Shown here piece after piece: positions 20,200 to 29,495 of a stretch of DNA of 64,000 bases. A program made the translations under genes and the position numbers. Below the pieces are notes generated by a model that was given only the letters and a program-made list of their open reading frames with translations, did not search any database and was not told the DNA's origin. How positions within the stretch are numbered: position 1 is the first letter of the stretch; each line of letters begins with the position of its first letter. This DNA is from Clostridia bacterium (GTDB lineage: Bacteria; Bacillota; Clostridia; Christensenellales; Aristaeellaceae): the NCBI GenBank assembly GCA_017615475.1, contig JAGAAC010000063.1, positions 25,342 through 89,341 of the forward strand, given 5' to 3'.

Positions 20200-20895
20200 A
20201 TGTTTACAGGCTTCACAGATGAAACAATCCAGTTTCTGCTTGACCTTAAATTTCACAACAACAGCACCTATTTTCATGAACAGCATGACCGTTATGTGGA
20301 AACTGTCCAGACTCCTTTTTATGAAATGATCTGTGATCTTTCAGATGATATGCGTAAGATCGATCCTCTGATGGAAACCAGACCGCATAAATGTCTTTCC
20401 AGAATTCACAGGGACACCCGTTTTTCCAGGGACAAAAGCCCCTACCGGGATCATCACTGGTTTCTGTTCAGGAGAGCCGCGGAACCGCGGGACAAAAGCC
20501 TTTTCTATTATTTTGAATTCGGACCGGACCGCCTTGGATGGGGGATGGGAATCTGGGGCGAAAACCGTGAACTGATGGATCTTTTCCGGAAAAGGATGAG
20601 AGCCAATCCCGACGGTACGCTCGCACTGATTGACGATATGGATCTTGTCAGACATAAACTGCTTCTGGACGGCAGTTTCTACAAACGGATGGAAATTCCG
20701 CCCGAAATTCCCCAGAGGCTGAAACAATGGTATTGCGGGAGAGAAATCTACATCCACCGGTATGATCCCGAATGGAAATGGGCTTTTTCCGACCGGCTGA
20801 TCAGGGAAGTCCGAAAGGATTTTCTCACCCTGGCGCCGATGTACAGGCTGCTCAGGGGCTGGATGGACGATATACAGAAAGACAGAACCGAATGA
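20200..20895 (+). CDS. DUF2461 family protein
   Basis: FLLDLKFHNN..YF and RIHRDTRFSRDKSPY motifs. Confidence 0.85.
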   Translation: MFTGFTDETIQFLLDLKFHNNSTYFHEQHDRYVETVQTPFYEMICDLSDDMRKIDPLMETRPHKCLSRIHRDTRFSRDKSPYRDHHWFLFRRAAEPRDKSLFYYFEFGPDRLGWGMGIWGENRELMDLFRKRMRANPDGTLALIDDMDLVRHKLLLDGSFYKRMEIPPEIPQRLKQWYCGREIYIHRYDPEWKWAFSDRLIREVRKDFLTLAPMYRLLRGWMDDIQKDRTE

Positions 20896-20916
20896 CACTC
20901 CACAGGAAGGAAGTGA

Positions 20917-21093
20917 ATGGATATGAGAAGACCGTTCAGGCCGAAGCCTGATCCTGAAGAATACAGAAGAGAAAGGCGGCACCGCATTCCTTTTATCGCG
21001 AAAGTTTTTATGCTGATCGGCATGATCACGGTACTTTATTTCCTGATCACCTATGCTGTTATGCCTGTGCTTGCGATGCTGACAGTGTCCTGA
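20917..21093 (+). CDS. Small single-pass membrane protein (58 aa), not in the ORF track
   Basis: AGGAAGGAAG RBS; MDMRRPFRPKPDPEEYRRERRHRIPFIAKVFMLIGMITVLYFLITYAVMPVLAMLTVS* fills the gap between two same-strand genes. Confidence 0.65.
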   Translation: MDMRRPFRPKPDPEEYRRERRHRIPFIAKVFMLIGMITVLYFLITYAVMPVLAMLTVS

Positions 21094-21097
21094 GGAA

Positions 21098-21793
21098 ATG
21101 CCTATGAGAAAGACAGGTAGATGGATTGCCTCTATTATCAGCAAGACACTTGTTGTTATTCTGGTTATTATACTGCTTCCCTTTGCCCGGACGTTTCTGC
21201 GCAGTTTCCTGCCGGACGCGACGGGGGAGATCCGCGTCCAGAGCGTGATCCTGAAACAGAAACTAGAATCCAGCAAACGGCTAGAAGTAACCACCATCGA
21301 TGAAGAGGGTGTCCTGGAAGCCAAGACAAATGTGATTATCTTCGGTACAGTTGGTTCCACCACCATTCGATACCGTTATACAGCCAGCATAGGCATAGAC
21401 CTGAGCAAAGTGGTCATGACAACAGACAGCGACCGGATCATTTTCGCCCTGCCTGATCCGGAAATCCTCAACGACGGCATTGAAGCGCTTGAAATCAACA
21501 AAAACAACCTGTTTTCAAAAGCCATCGAAAAAAGTGTGGAAACGCTGCTGAATGAACAGAAAGCCAAATGCAGGGAACAATATGTTACGGAAAAAGAACA
21601 CGCTGACAGAGCCTGGGAAGATATCAGGAAATCATTTGAGGAAACGATCTGCCAGTGGCTGGAAAATTACGGAGAACGCCATTACCAGTTTGAATTTGTC
21701 AGACTCAACGATACGGCGGCCGATGCATCGGCCGCCTTTTTTATGCGGAAATGCAGGCGCGGCGTTGGTTTGTTCGCCTTGACTGAATTCTGA
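21098..21793 (+). CDS. DUF4230-like membrane-anchored protein
   Basis: N-terminal TM, RLEVTT, IGIDLSKV, LPDPEIL motifs. Confidence 0.65.
   Translation: MPMRKTGRWIASIISKTLVVILVIILLPFARTFLRSFLPDATGEIRVQSVILKQKLESSKRLEVTTIDEEGVLEAKTNVIIFGTVGSTTIRYRYTASIGIDLSKVVMTTDSDRIIFALPDPEILNDGIEALEINKNNLFSKAIEKSVETLLNEQKAKCREQYVTEKEHADRAWEDIRKSFEETICQWLENYGERHYQFEFVRLNDTAADASAAFFMRKCRRGVGLFALTEF
21715..21742 (+). terminator. Intrinsic terminator lying inside the 3' end of the DUF4230 ORF
   Basis: Perfect palindrome GGCGGCCGATGCATCGGCCGCC followed by T6. Confidence 0.7.
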
Positions 21794-21941
21794 TTTTTGC
21801 ATAATATAATGAAGTAATTTTTTTGAAGCACAAACGGGCTTCTCATATTTCCGATATAAAAGTACAGCAATATTCCTGATTTCAGATGATCCCTTCAGGC
21901 CGCGGCTGTAACAGGATAAAGTGATAAAGGAAGTGATTCCG

Positions 21942-22829
21942 ATGAGTGAACAGAATAAAAAAATCAACTGGTATCCCGGTCATATGGCCAAAACAAAACG
22001 GCAGCTGCAGGACCAGATTAAACGCATTGACCTGATTATAGAAATCTGTGATGCACGTCTTCCTTTCTCCAGCAGGAATCCTGAACTGTCTTCCATGATT
22101 TCCAGAAAACGCCATCTGCTGTTCCTCAACAAATCCGACCTGGCGGATCCAGGCATGAACAACCTCTGGGTGCAGTATTTCCGCCGGCAGGGAACAGAAG
22201 CCCATCTGACAAACGCTACAAAAATCAAAGGCAAGGAAACCATCGGACTGATAGAAAAAGCGACAAAGGAAATCGTCGATAAAGCTTTGGAAAAAGGTGT
22301 TAGGAAAACCGTCAGAGCCATGATCGTCGGCATCCCCAACGTTGGCAAAAGCACATTGATCAACCGCCTGTACGGCCGTTCCGTTGCTCAGATCGGGGAC
22401 CGGCCCGGGGTGACAAAAAGCAATCAGTGGGTGAAGGTTTCACCCTATCTGGAACTGCTGGATACCCCCGGACTGCTCTGGCCAAGGCTTGATAACCAGA
22501 TTTCCGCCCGGCGGCTGTGCTATATCGGTTCCATCAAGGATGATGTTGTTGACACGGCTGAACTGACGGTACAGCTTCTGGAAGATCTTTGCGCCATGAT
22601 TCCTGATGCTGTTGCCGAAAGGTTCCACCTGGAGGATACCTGCCTGAAAGGCCCTGAACTGATTGATGCCGTATGCACCGGCCGCGGCTGGCTGCTGAAA
22701 GGCGGCAGATATGATTATGACCGCTGCTGCAGCGTTGTGCTGGATGAATTCCGCGCCGGAAAGCTCGGAAGGATTACCCTGGAAAAGCCGGCCGAATTTG
22801 ATACGGAAGAGGTAAAAACAGATGATTGA
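21942..22829 (+). CDS. rbgA: Ribosome biogenesis GTPase RbgA (YlqF)
   Basis: INWYPGHMAK, DARLPFSSRNP, NKSDL, GIPNVGKS, LLDTPG, EFRAGKLG. Confidence 0.96.
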   Translation: MSEQNKKINWYPGHMAKTKRQLQDQIKRIDLIIEICDARLPFSSRNPELSSMISRKRHLLFLNKSDLADPGMNNLWVQYFRRQGTEAHLTNATKIKGKETIGLIEKATKEIVDKALEKGVRKTVRAMIVGIPNVGKSTLINRLYGRSVAQIGDRPGVTKSNQWVKVSPYLELLDTPGLLWPRLDNQISARRLCYIGSIKDDVVDTAELTVQLLEDLCAMIPDAVAERFHLEDTCLKGPELIDAVCTGRGWLLKGGRYDYDRCCSVVLDEFRAGKLGRITLEKPAEFDTEEVKTDD

Positions 22830-23433
22830 CAGAGCTCAGCATGCCGCTGAACTGATGACTTTTGACAGACAGTACCGCACAGGCGGCCTGGTTGTGGCCG
22901 GTATGGACGAAGTGGGCCGCGGCCCCCTGGCAGGGAACGTTGTCACTGCCTGCGTGGTGATGCCTGAAGAACCCCTGATCCTGTGGATTGATGACAGCAA
23001 AAAGCTCAGTGAAAGCCGGCGGGAAAAGGTGTTTGATGAGATCATGTCCCGTGCCCTCTACGTCGGCATCGGCGAAGTGACTCCCCAGGAAATTGACAGG
23101 ATCAATATCCTTGAAGCCACGCGGAAAGCGATGCGCGCAGCCGCAAAAGAAGTGCCCGCGGACATCTTCCTGATCGATGCTGTAACCGGGCTGGGGCTGA
23201 ACGGAAGGGAAGTACCCATTATCAAAGGGGATGCAACTTCCTATTCCATCGCTGCCGCAAGCATTGTCGCCAAGGTGATCAGGGACAGGCAGATGAAGGA
23301 CCTTGACAGGCTGTATCCGGAATACGGATTCGCGAGAAATAAAGGATACGGAACCAAAGAGCATATAGAGGCATTAAAACGGACAGGCCCCTGTCCGGAG
23401 CACAGGAGGAGCTTTATTACACATTTTGTATGA
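22822..23433 (+). CDS. rnhB: Ribonuclease HII
   Basis: GMDEVGRGPLAG, DSKKL, KGDATSYSIAAASIVAKV.RD, HRRSF. Confidence 0.96.
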   Translation: MIDRAQHAAELMTFDRQYRTGGLVVAGMDEVGRGPLAGNVVTACVVMPEEPLILWIDDSKKLSESRREKVFDEIMSRALYVGIGEVTPQEIDRINILEATRKAMRAAAKEVPADIFLIDAVTGLGLNGREVPIIKGDATSYSIAAASIVAKVIRDRQMKDLDRLYPEYGFARNKGYGTKEHIEALKRTGPCPEHRRSFITHFV

Positions 23434-23798
23434 AGATGACCTATACAACCGGCTTGCTGGGTGAGGATATCGCCGCTGAATGGCTTGAGGAGCATTATGG
23501 AATGAAACTGCTCGAGAGCAGATTCAGAACAAAAGCCGGTGAAGTGGACCTGATTATGCTTGACGGGGAATACATTGTATTTGTCGAAGTCAAAACAAGG
23601 ACATCCGGCAAGCCCGGCAGCGGTCTGTATGCCGTGGACCGCAGGAAACAGCAGCGGATCACCCGGGCCGCGACCCTGTATCTGATGCAGAACAATATGA
23701 TGAACCACGCAAGCCGCTTCGATGTGATAGAAGTACGCAATGATGAATTTCTCTACATTCCGAACGCTTTTCAGCCGGGCGGAATGTTTTACCGATAA
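23430..23798 (+). CDS. yraN: YraN family PD-(D/E)XK nuclease-like protein (UPF0102)
   Basis: G..GEDIA, GEVDLI, VFVEVKTR, RFDVI; conserved position after rnhB. Confidence 0.9.
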   Translation: MKMTYTTGLLGEDIAAEWLEEHYGMKLLESRFRTKAGEVDLIMLDGEYIVFVEVKTRTSGKPGSGLYAVDRRKQQRITRAATLYLMQNNMMNHASRFDVIEVRNDEFLYIPNAFQPGGMFYR

Positions 23799-23819
23799 TG
23801 AAAGGTGCGTTGCAGACTG

Positions 23820-26800
23820 ATGAGATTTAAACGGTTTCTCCCGGCCGCGGTATTGACTGCCGTGCTGATCCTTCTGTTTTCCTTTGGGTGCGCTTCGGCG
23901 GAAAACCTGCTCCGGAACGCTGATTTTGACGACCTGGACGAGGAAGGACTTCCTGAATACTGGTATACGGATGCTTACTACCAGCAGACCGGATACAGTG
24001 TATTCAGCGCGCAGAATGACGGGCAGGAAGACCGCAATACCGTCACAGTACGCAATATCAATGAGAATGATGCCCGATTCGCCCAGACGGTTGAGGTTGA
24101 ACCGGATTCCTTATACCTGCTCAGCGGCTATATCCGGGCGGAAGATGTTTCCGGCGGACACGGCGCCAACCTCAGCATAGAAGGTATATACGCCTTCAGT
24201 GAACAAATCTACGATACGGACGGAGACTGGCAGCATATCGAGTATTACGGCGAAACAGGACCGGACCAGGATTATATCACTGTATTTGCCCGTCTCGGCG
24301 GCTATGGCGGTATGTGTACCGGCCGTGCGGAATTTGCCGGCCTGTCACTGACAAAAGTGGATGCTCTTCCGGACGATATTGTCGCGGATATGTGGTTCAG
24401 GGATGATATTGACGATACAGATGATTACGCAGATGACGAGGATTACAGGGATGAGGATGAAGGCCTGCCGACCCTTTTCTGGCTGCTGCTGATCAGTTCT
24501 GCCTATCTGCTTGCCTGCCTGTATTTCATTCATCGTCAGCAGCACCGTCCTGAGCTGATTTCCGACAGGCAGACCGTTTCTCCGATGCCTGTTATTGCTT
24601 TACTGGCAGCAGCACTGGTTTTGCGGATGATTATCAGCGCCTTTGTGGAAGGATACAGTGTTGATGTAGGCTGCTTCCTCAGCTGGGGAAGAGACATGGC
24701 TTCCGCTGGTCCTGCCGGATTCTATAATAAAACCAGTTTCTGCGATTATCCGCCTTTATACACTTATGTTCTGGGCCTGAATTCAATCGTTGCAGGCCTG
24801 CTGAAAGCGGGTCCCGAAATGACCCGGGTGATATTCCGCTTTGTTCCGTCCCTTTGTGATGTTGCAGGATGCTGGCTGATTTACAGGCTGATGATTCGAC
24901 GGAAACTGTTCAAGGCTGATACCTGTCTTCTTTTCCTTGCTCTGGCTCTTTTCAACCCGGCATCCATCCTGAACAGTGCGGCATGGGGACAGATGGACAG
25001 CGTCCTGTGCATGATGCTGATGGCAGTGGCTCTATTCGCGGTCAAAGGCAGCTGGACAGCCGCCCTGCCGCTGTATGTCCTTTCCGTACTAGTCAAACCT
25101 CAGGCGCTCATGCTCGGGCCGCTCGGGCTGATCTATATCCTGCTTACGTATATCCGTGAAAAAGACATGCGCAGACCGATTCTGACCGGCACAGCTGTCA
25201 GCCTGGCTGTCCTTGCGGCCGGCGTTATTCCCTTCAGCCTTGAGCAGAACTGGGACTGGCTGATCAATCTCTACAGCAGGACCCTTTCATCCTATCCTCA
25301 TGCTACAGTCAACACAGCCAACCTGTACTACCTGCTGGGCGGAAACTGGCAGTCTGTGACCGGCGAAGCTCATGTGATGGCACCCGTTCTGCTGGGCCTT
25401 CTGTGTGCCGGCTGCGGAATCTGGTGGTATTACCGGGCAGAGGGTCAGCCGCATCACGGCGTGGAAACCTGCATCTGTTTCCTTTTCACAATCAGCTTTA
25501 TCCTCTGTGCATTCCTGAAAGCATCCTGGGCATGGACCGGCGCCATTGCCATGGCTTTCCCCTTCGCCGCGGTGATCAGCCCGGCCGTCCGCTCCCGCAG
25601 TATCCGGCTGCTGCCGTGGCTGGGCGGACTGCTGTATATCCTTTTATATGTCTTTGGCATCAAGATGCACGAGCGGTATATTTTCCCGGCTCTGCTTCTG
25701 CTGGCTCTTTCCTTTGCCCTGCTCAGGGACAGGAGAATCCTGTATATTCTTCTGCTTTATACCGTTACCGTATTCCTGAACGAGGGGATTGTACTGGATA
25801 ACAGCATCCGGCTCGGAGCCAAACTGGGTCACCTGAACAACGACACGGTATGGCTTGCGGATATTATCAGCGTTGTCAATATTTTCGGCGCCCTGTACGC
25901 ATTGTGGCTGAATATCGAATTATTCCTCAGCAACGGAAACAGCCTGCCCGTACGGGAAGTACCTCCTGATATTCAACCGGTAATCAAAAATGACCGTTTC
26001 CTCCACTGGAAACGAAAGGATACCATTCTGCTTACCCTGATCACCGCCGTATATGCCGTGATCAGCCTGCTGACGCTGGGGAGCACCAAAGCACCCCAGA
26101 CATACTGGACCTCCAGCAGCCCTGATGAGCAGATTGTATTTGATCTTGGAGAATCGAAACGGGATACGGAAATCCTGTATTTCGCCCAGGTCAGTCAGAG
26201 GAATTTCTCCGTCGCGTGCAGTGAAGACCTTGAAAACTGGAGCGATGAAGTATACGCACAGATGGATCAGGGGCAGTGCTGGAAATGGAAATATGTCACC
26301 ATTTCCACAGAAAAACCCACGAAGGACAAGCCCTATAACCGCGAATTCACCAACTCGGAAAGTGGTATTATCCGTTTCAGCGGCAGGTATATCAGGCTGT
26401 CGGCGCGCCAGGTCAACCTGGTCCTGAATGAAGTCCTTTTCCGCACTGCTGACGGGACAATCCTTCCCGCGAAGATTATCAGTCAAAGCGGGGCTGAACC
26501 GGAATCATCTCTTTTCTCCGATCCGTCCAACATGCTGGATGAACAGGATACCATGGAAGGTCTGCCGGCTTTCCCGGAAAAAGATGAAACAAAACAGGCG
26601 AAGATCCAGCCCAGCTGGTGGAACAGTACCTATTTTGATGAGATTTACCACGCCAGAACAGCCTATGAATTCGTCCGGGGATCTGTTCCGTATGAAACCA
26701 GCCATCCGCCGCTGGGCAAAGTCTTCATGAGTCTTTGTGTCGCCATATTCGGCATGACTCCCTTCGGCTGGCGGTTTGCCGGTGCAATGGCAGGCATCCT

Positions 26801-27920
26801 GATGCTTCCCGGGATGTACCTGCTGGGCAAACAGCTCACCAAGAAAACCAGCACCGGCCTGATCGCCTGCCTGCTGATGGCACTGGACTGCATGCATCTG
26901 ACACAGACGCAGATTGCCACCATTGACAGCTTCCCTGTATTGTTTATCATTTTCGCCTTCTTCTTCATACTGCGGTTTATCCAGACAGATTTCCTGGCTG
27001 AAAAGCTGAGTGTTTCCCTGAAAAACCTTGCGCTCAGCGGACTGTTTATGGGCTTGTCCATCGCCAGCAAATGGATCGGCATCTATGCCGGCGCAGGCCT
27101 TGCGGTGCTGTTCTTCTGGCACTGCATCCGGACCGGCCGTATAAAAACAGCATCCGGAGAAACAGACAGCCACCAGGCCTTCATGAGGGTATTCTTCATC
27201 TGCCTGTGGTGTATTCTGTTCTTTGTGATTGTTCCGTTAATCATCTACCTGGTCAGCTATATTCCATATATGGCCTTTGCTTTCAAGCGCATGGAGTCCC
27301 TCTGGGATTATATTGCCGAAGTCTGGAGCGCACAGGTCGGCATGTTCAAATACCACAGCAAGCCCGGGCTTGGTATGGATCACTACTTCTATTCTCCCTG
27401 GTGGGAATGGCCCGTCATAGGCAGACCGATGTATTATGCTTCCCAGCAGTATATTCCGTCTGATTCACCGGTTCACCACAGCATATTCAGTTTCGGCAAT
27501 CCGCTGATCTGGTACGGCGGCCTTGCCGCCCTGGCCCTTTGCGTCCTCCGGTGCTCACTGGGCAGGAGATACCGCATCGAAGGGTCAGAATATCTCTGGC
27601 ACCTGCGTTCATTCCGCTGGGACTGCCGCTATGTATTCCTTTTCATCGGCATTCTCGCACAGTATCTGCCCTGGGTTCTTGTGCCCCGCGGTACCTATAT
27701 TTATCATTACTTCGCGAGTATTCCTTTCCTGATGCTGGCCATAGCGCTGTGCTTCGAAGGCTACGGAGAGAAAACTGACAGGATGCTCCGGTGGGCAGCA
27801 GCCGTCTTCATTGCGGCAGCCCTGGTATTCTTTATTATCCTTTTCCCGTACGCATCCGGTCTGAATGTTTCTTCCTCCTGGCTGAACCTGGCCAAAGGAC
27901 ATCTGATGATCTGGTACTGA
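23820..27920 (+). CDS. Large multi-pass GT-C glycosyltransferase: CBM-like domain, DYPP-type GT-C, beta-sandwich, GT39/PMT-type mannosyltransferase
   Basis: Signal peptide; NLLRNADF...QTVEVEP CBM4/9-like; CDYPP, WGQMD, KPQ, MHERY; then YFDEIYH, HPPLGK, FGWR, SKW, SPWWEWP, GNP, YIYHY. Confidence 0.8.
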   Translation: MRFKRFLPAAVLTAVLILLFSFGCASAENLLRNADFDDLDEEGLPEYWYTDAYYQQTGYSVFSAQNDGQEDRNTVTVRNINENDARFAQTVEVEPDSLYLLSGYIRAEDVSGGHGANLSIEGIYAFSEQIYDTDGDWQHIEYYGETGPDQDYITVFARLGGYGGMCTGRAEFAGLSLTKVDALPDDIVADMWFRDDIDDTDDYADDEDYRDEDEGLPTLFWLLLISSAYLLACLYFIHRQQHRPELISDRQTVSPMPVIALLAAALVLRMIISAFVEGYSVDVGCFLSWGRDMASAGPAGFYNKTSFCDYPPLYTYVLGLNSIVAGLLKAGPEMTRVIFRFVPSLCDVAGCWLIYRLMIRRKLFKADTCLLFLALALFNPASILNSAAWGQMDSVLCMMLMAVALFAVKGSWTAALPLYVLSVLVKPQALMLGPLGLIYILLTYIREKDMRRPILTGTAVSLAVLAAGVIPFSLEQNWDWLINLYSRTLSSYPHATVNTANLYYLLGGNWQSVTGEAHVMAPVLLGLLCAGCGIWWYYRAEGQPHHGVETCICFLFTISFILCAFLKASWAWTGAIAMAFPFAAVISPAVRSRSIRLLPWLGGLLYILLYVFGIKMHERYIFPALLLLALSFALLRDRRILYILLLYTVTVFLNEGIVLDNSIRLGAKLGHLNNDTVWLADIISVVNIFGALYALWLNIELFLSNGNSLPVREVPPDIQPVIKNDRFLHWKRKDTILLTLITAVYAVISLLTLGSTKAPQTYWTSSSPDEQIVFDLGESKRDTEILYFAQVSQRNFSVACSEDLENWSDEVYAQMDQGQCWKWKYVTISTEKPTKDKPYNREFTNSESGIIRFSGRYIRLSARQVNLVLNEVLFRTADGTILPAKIISQSGAEPESSLFSDPSNMLDEQDTMEGLPAFPEKDETKQAKIQPSWWNSTYFDEIYHARTAYEFVRGSVPYETSHPPLGKVFMSLCVAIFGMTPFGWRFAGAMAGILMLPGMYLLGKQLTKKTSTGLIACLLMALDCMHLTQTQIATIDSFPVLFIIFAFFFILRFIQTDFLAEKLSVSLKNLALSGLFMGLSIASKWIGIYAGAGLAVLFFWHCIRTGRIKTASGETDSHQAFMRVFFICLWCILFFVIVPLIIYLVSYIPYMAFAFKRMESLWDYIAEVWSAQVGMFKYHSKPGLGMDHYFYSPWWEWPVIGRPMYYASQQYIPSDSPVHHSIFSFGNPLIWYGGLAALALCVLRCSLGRRYRIEGSEYLWHLRSFRWDCRYVFLFIGILAQYLPWVLVPRGTYIYHYFASIPFLMLAIALCFEGYGEKTDRMLRWAAAVFIAAALVFFIILFPYASGLNVSSSWLNLAKGHLMIWY

Positions 27921-27950
27921 AAGGGGAGTCTTAAAAAGATGGAAGAGATC

Positions 27951-29489
27951 ATGGCCAGGACTGTCAGCTTCGGTGTCAGCGGTGTAAACGGTTTCCGGGT
28001 CAACGTTGAAGTGTTCGGCATAGACAGTATGCCCGGCCTGGAAATCATCGGTCTGCCCGATACCTCTGTCCGTGAAAGCAAAGACCGCGTCAACGCGGCC
28101 ATCATTAACAGCGGCAGGGAAATAAAACCCAGACGGATCACCATCAACCTGGCTCCTGCCGATATGAAAAAAGAAGGTCCTTCCTTTGATCTGCCGATCG
28201 CTGTAGGTTTCATGACGGTTGTGAAGGCACTGACGCCGGATCCGCACATAGATATGGACAAAACCGCCATGTTCGGTGAACTGAGCCTGGACGGCAGCGT
28301 TCAGCCAATCAACGGGGCGCTTCCGATGGTGATCAGCGCCAAGGAAAACGGAATGGAAACCGTAATCCTTCCGGAGAAAAACGCCCGGGAGGTTTCCTGC
28401 ATACAGGGAATAAAGATTCTTCCGGTACACCATCTGAAGCAGGTCATCCACTGGCTTGAGGGAAAGGAAAACATACCGGAGCAGGAACAGATTTCATTTG
28501 AAACCCTGAAAAACGAAGCTGTTCCCGTGATGGATATGTCTCAGATCAAAGGGCAGAAAGGCGCGCGCCGGGCTGTGGAAGTTGCTGCTGCCGGCGGACA
28601 CAATATGCTGATGATCGGTGTTCCCGGAAGCGGAAAAACCATGCTGGCCCGCTGTATCCCCGGGATACTGCCGCCGATGAGTTTCGAGGAATCACTGGAA
28701 ACGACAAGAATTCATTCCATCTGCGGCAGGCTTCCCGCCGGAAGCGGACTGATGGTTACCCGTCCGTTCTGCGCCCCGCATCACAATGCCTCTGTGGCTT
28801 CGCTGATCGGCGGCGGTCAGGATGCCAAGCCGGGAGAAGTATCACTGGCCCATAACGGAGTCCTGTTCCTGGATGAACTGCCGGAATTCAGCAGGGGAGC
28901 ACTGGAAGCACTGCGGCAGCCGCTGGAGGATGGAATCGTATCCGTGGCCCGTGTGAAACGACAGGCACAGTATCAGTCGTCCTTTATGCTCATCGCCGCC
29001 ATGAATCCTTGTCCCTGCGGATATTACGGAAGCAACCGGCGCACCTGCCGATGCACCCCTCCCGAAATACGCAGGTACCTGGACCGGGTCTCCGGTCCGC
29101 TGCTGGACAGAATAGACCTGCAGATTGAAGTGGACTCAGTCCCTGTAAACGAAATCAATGACGCTGAACCTTCTGAATCATCGGCAGCTGTAGCCGAACG
29201 CGTACGGAAAGCCCGTGAAATCCAGCAGCTGCGTTATAAGGGAACAGGAAAACACTGCAATGCACAGCTGACAAACACGGAAGTCGGAAAATACTGTACC
29301 CCTGACGCGGAAGGGCTCAGGCTGCTGAATATGGCCGTTGATTCCATGCACCTGAGCATGCGGGCCTACCAGCGGATCCTGAAAGTTGCCAGAACCATCG
29401 CTGATCTGGCAGATGAAGAAACCATTTCCTCCGTTCATATTGCAGAGGCAGTGCAATACCGTGAACTTGACCAGAAGTATTGGAGATGA
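27951..29489 (+). CDS. comM: YifB/ComM-family Mg-chelatase-like AAA+ ATPase
   Basis: GLPDTSVRESKDRV, GELSLDG, GVPGSGKTML, AHNGVLFLDELPEF, NPCPCG, SGPLLDRID. Confidence 0.9.
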   Translation: MARTVSFGVSGVNGFRVNVEVFGIDSMPGLEIIGLPDTSVRESKDRVNAAIINSGREIKPRRITINLAPADMKKEGPSFDLPIAVGFMTVVKALTPDPHIDMDKTAMFGELSLDGSVQPINGALPMVISAKENGMETVILPEKNAREVSCIQGIKILPVHHLKQVIHWLEGKENIPEQEQISFETLKNEAVPVMDMSQIKGQKGARRAVEVAAAGGHNMLMIGVPGSGKTMLARCIPGILPPMSFEESLETTRIHSICGRLPAGSGLMVTRPFCAPHHNASVASLIGGGQDAKPGEVSLAHNGVLFLDELPEFSRGALEALRQPLEDGIVSVARVKRQAQYQSSFMLIAAMNPCPCGYYGSNRRTCRCTPPEIRRYLDRVSGPLLDRIDLQIEVDSVPVNEINDAEPSESSAAVAERVRKAREIQQLRYKGTGKHCNAQLTNTEVGKYCTPDAEGLRLLNMAVDSMHLSMRAYQRILKVARTIADLADEETISSVHIAEAVQYRELDQKYWR

Positions 29490-29495
29490 ACAAGG

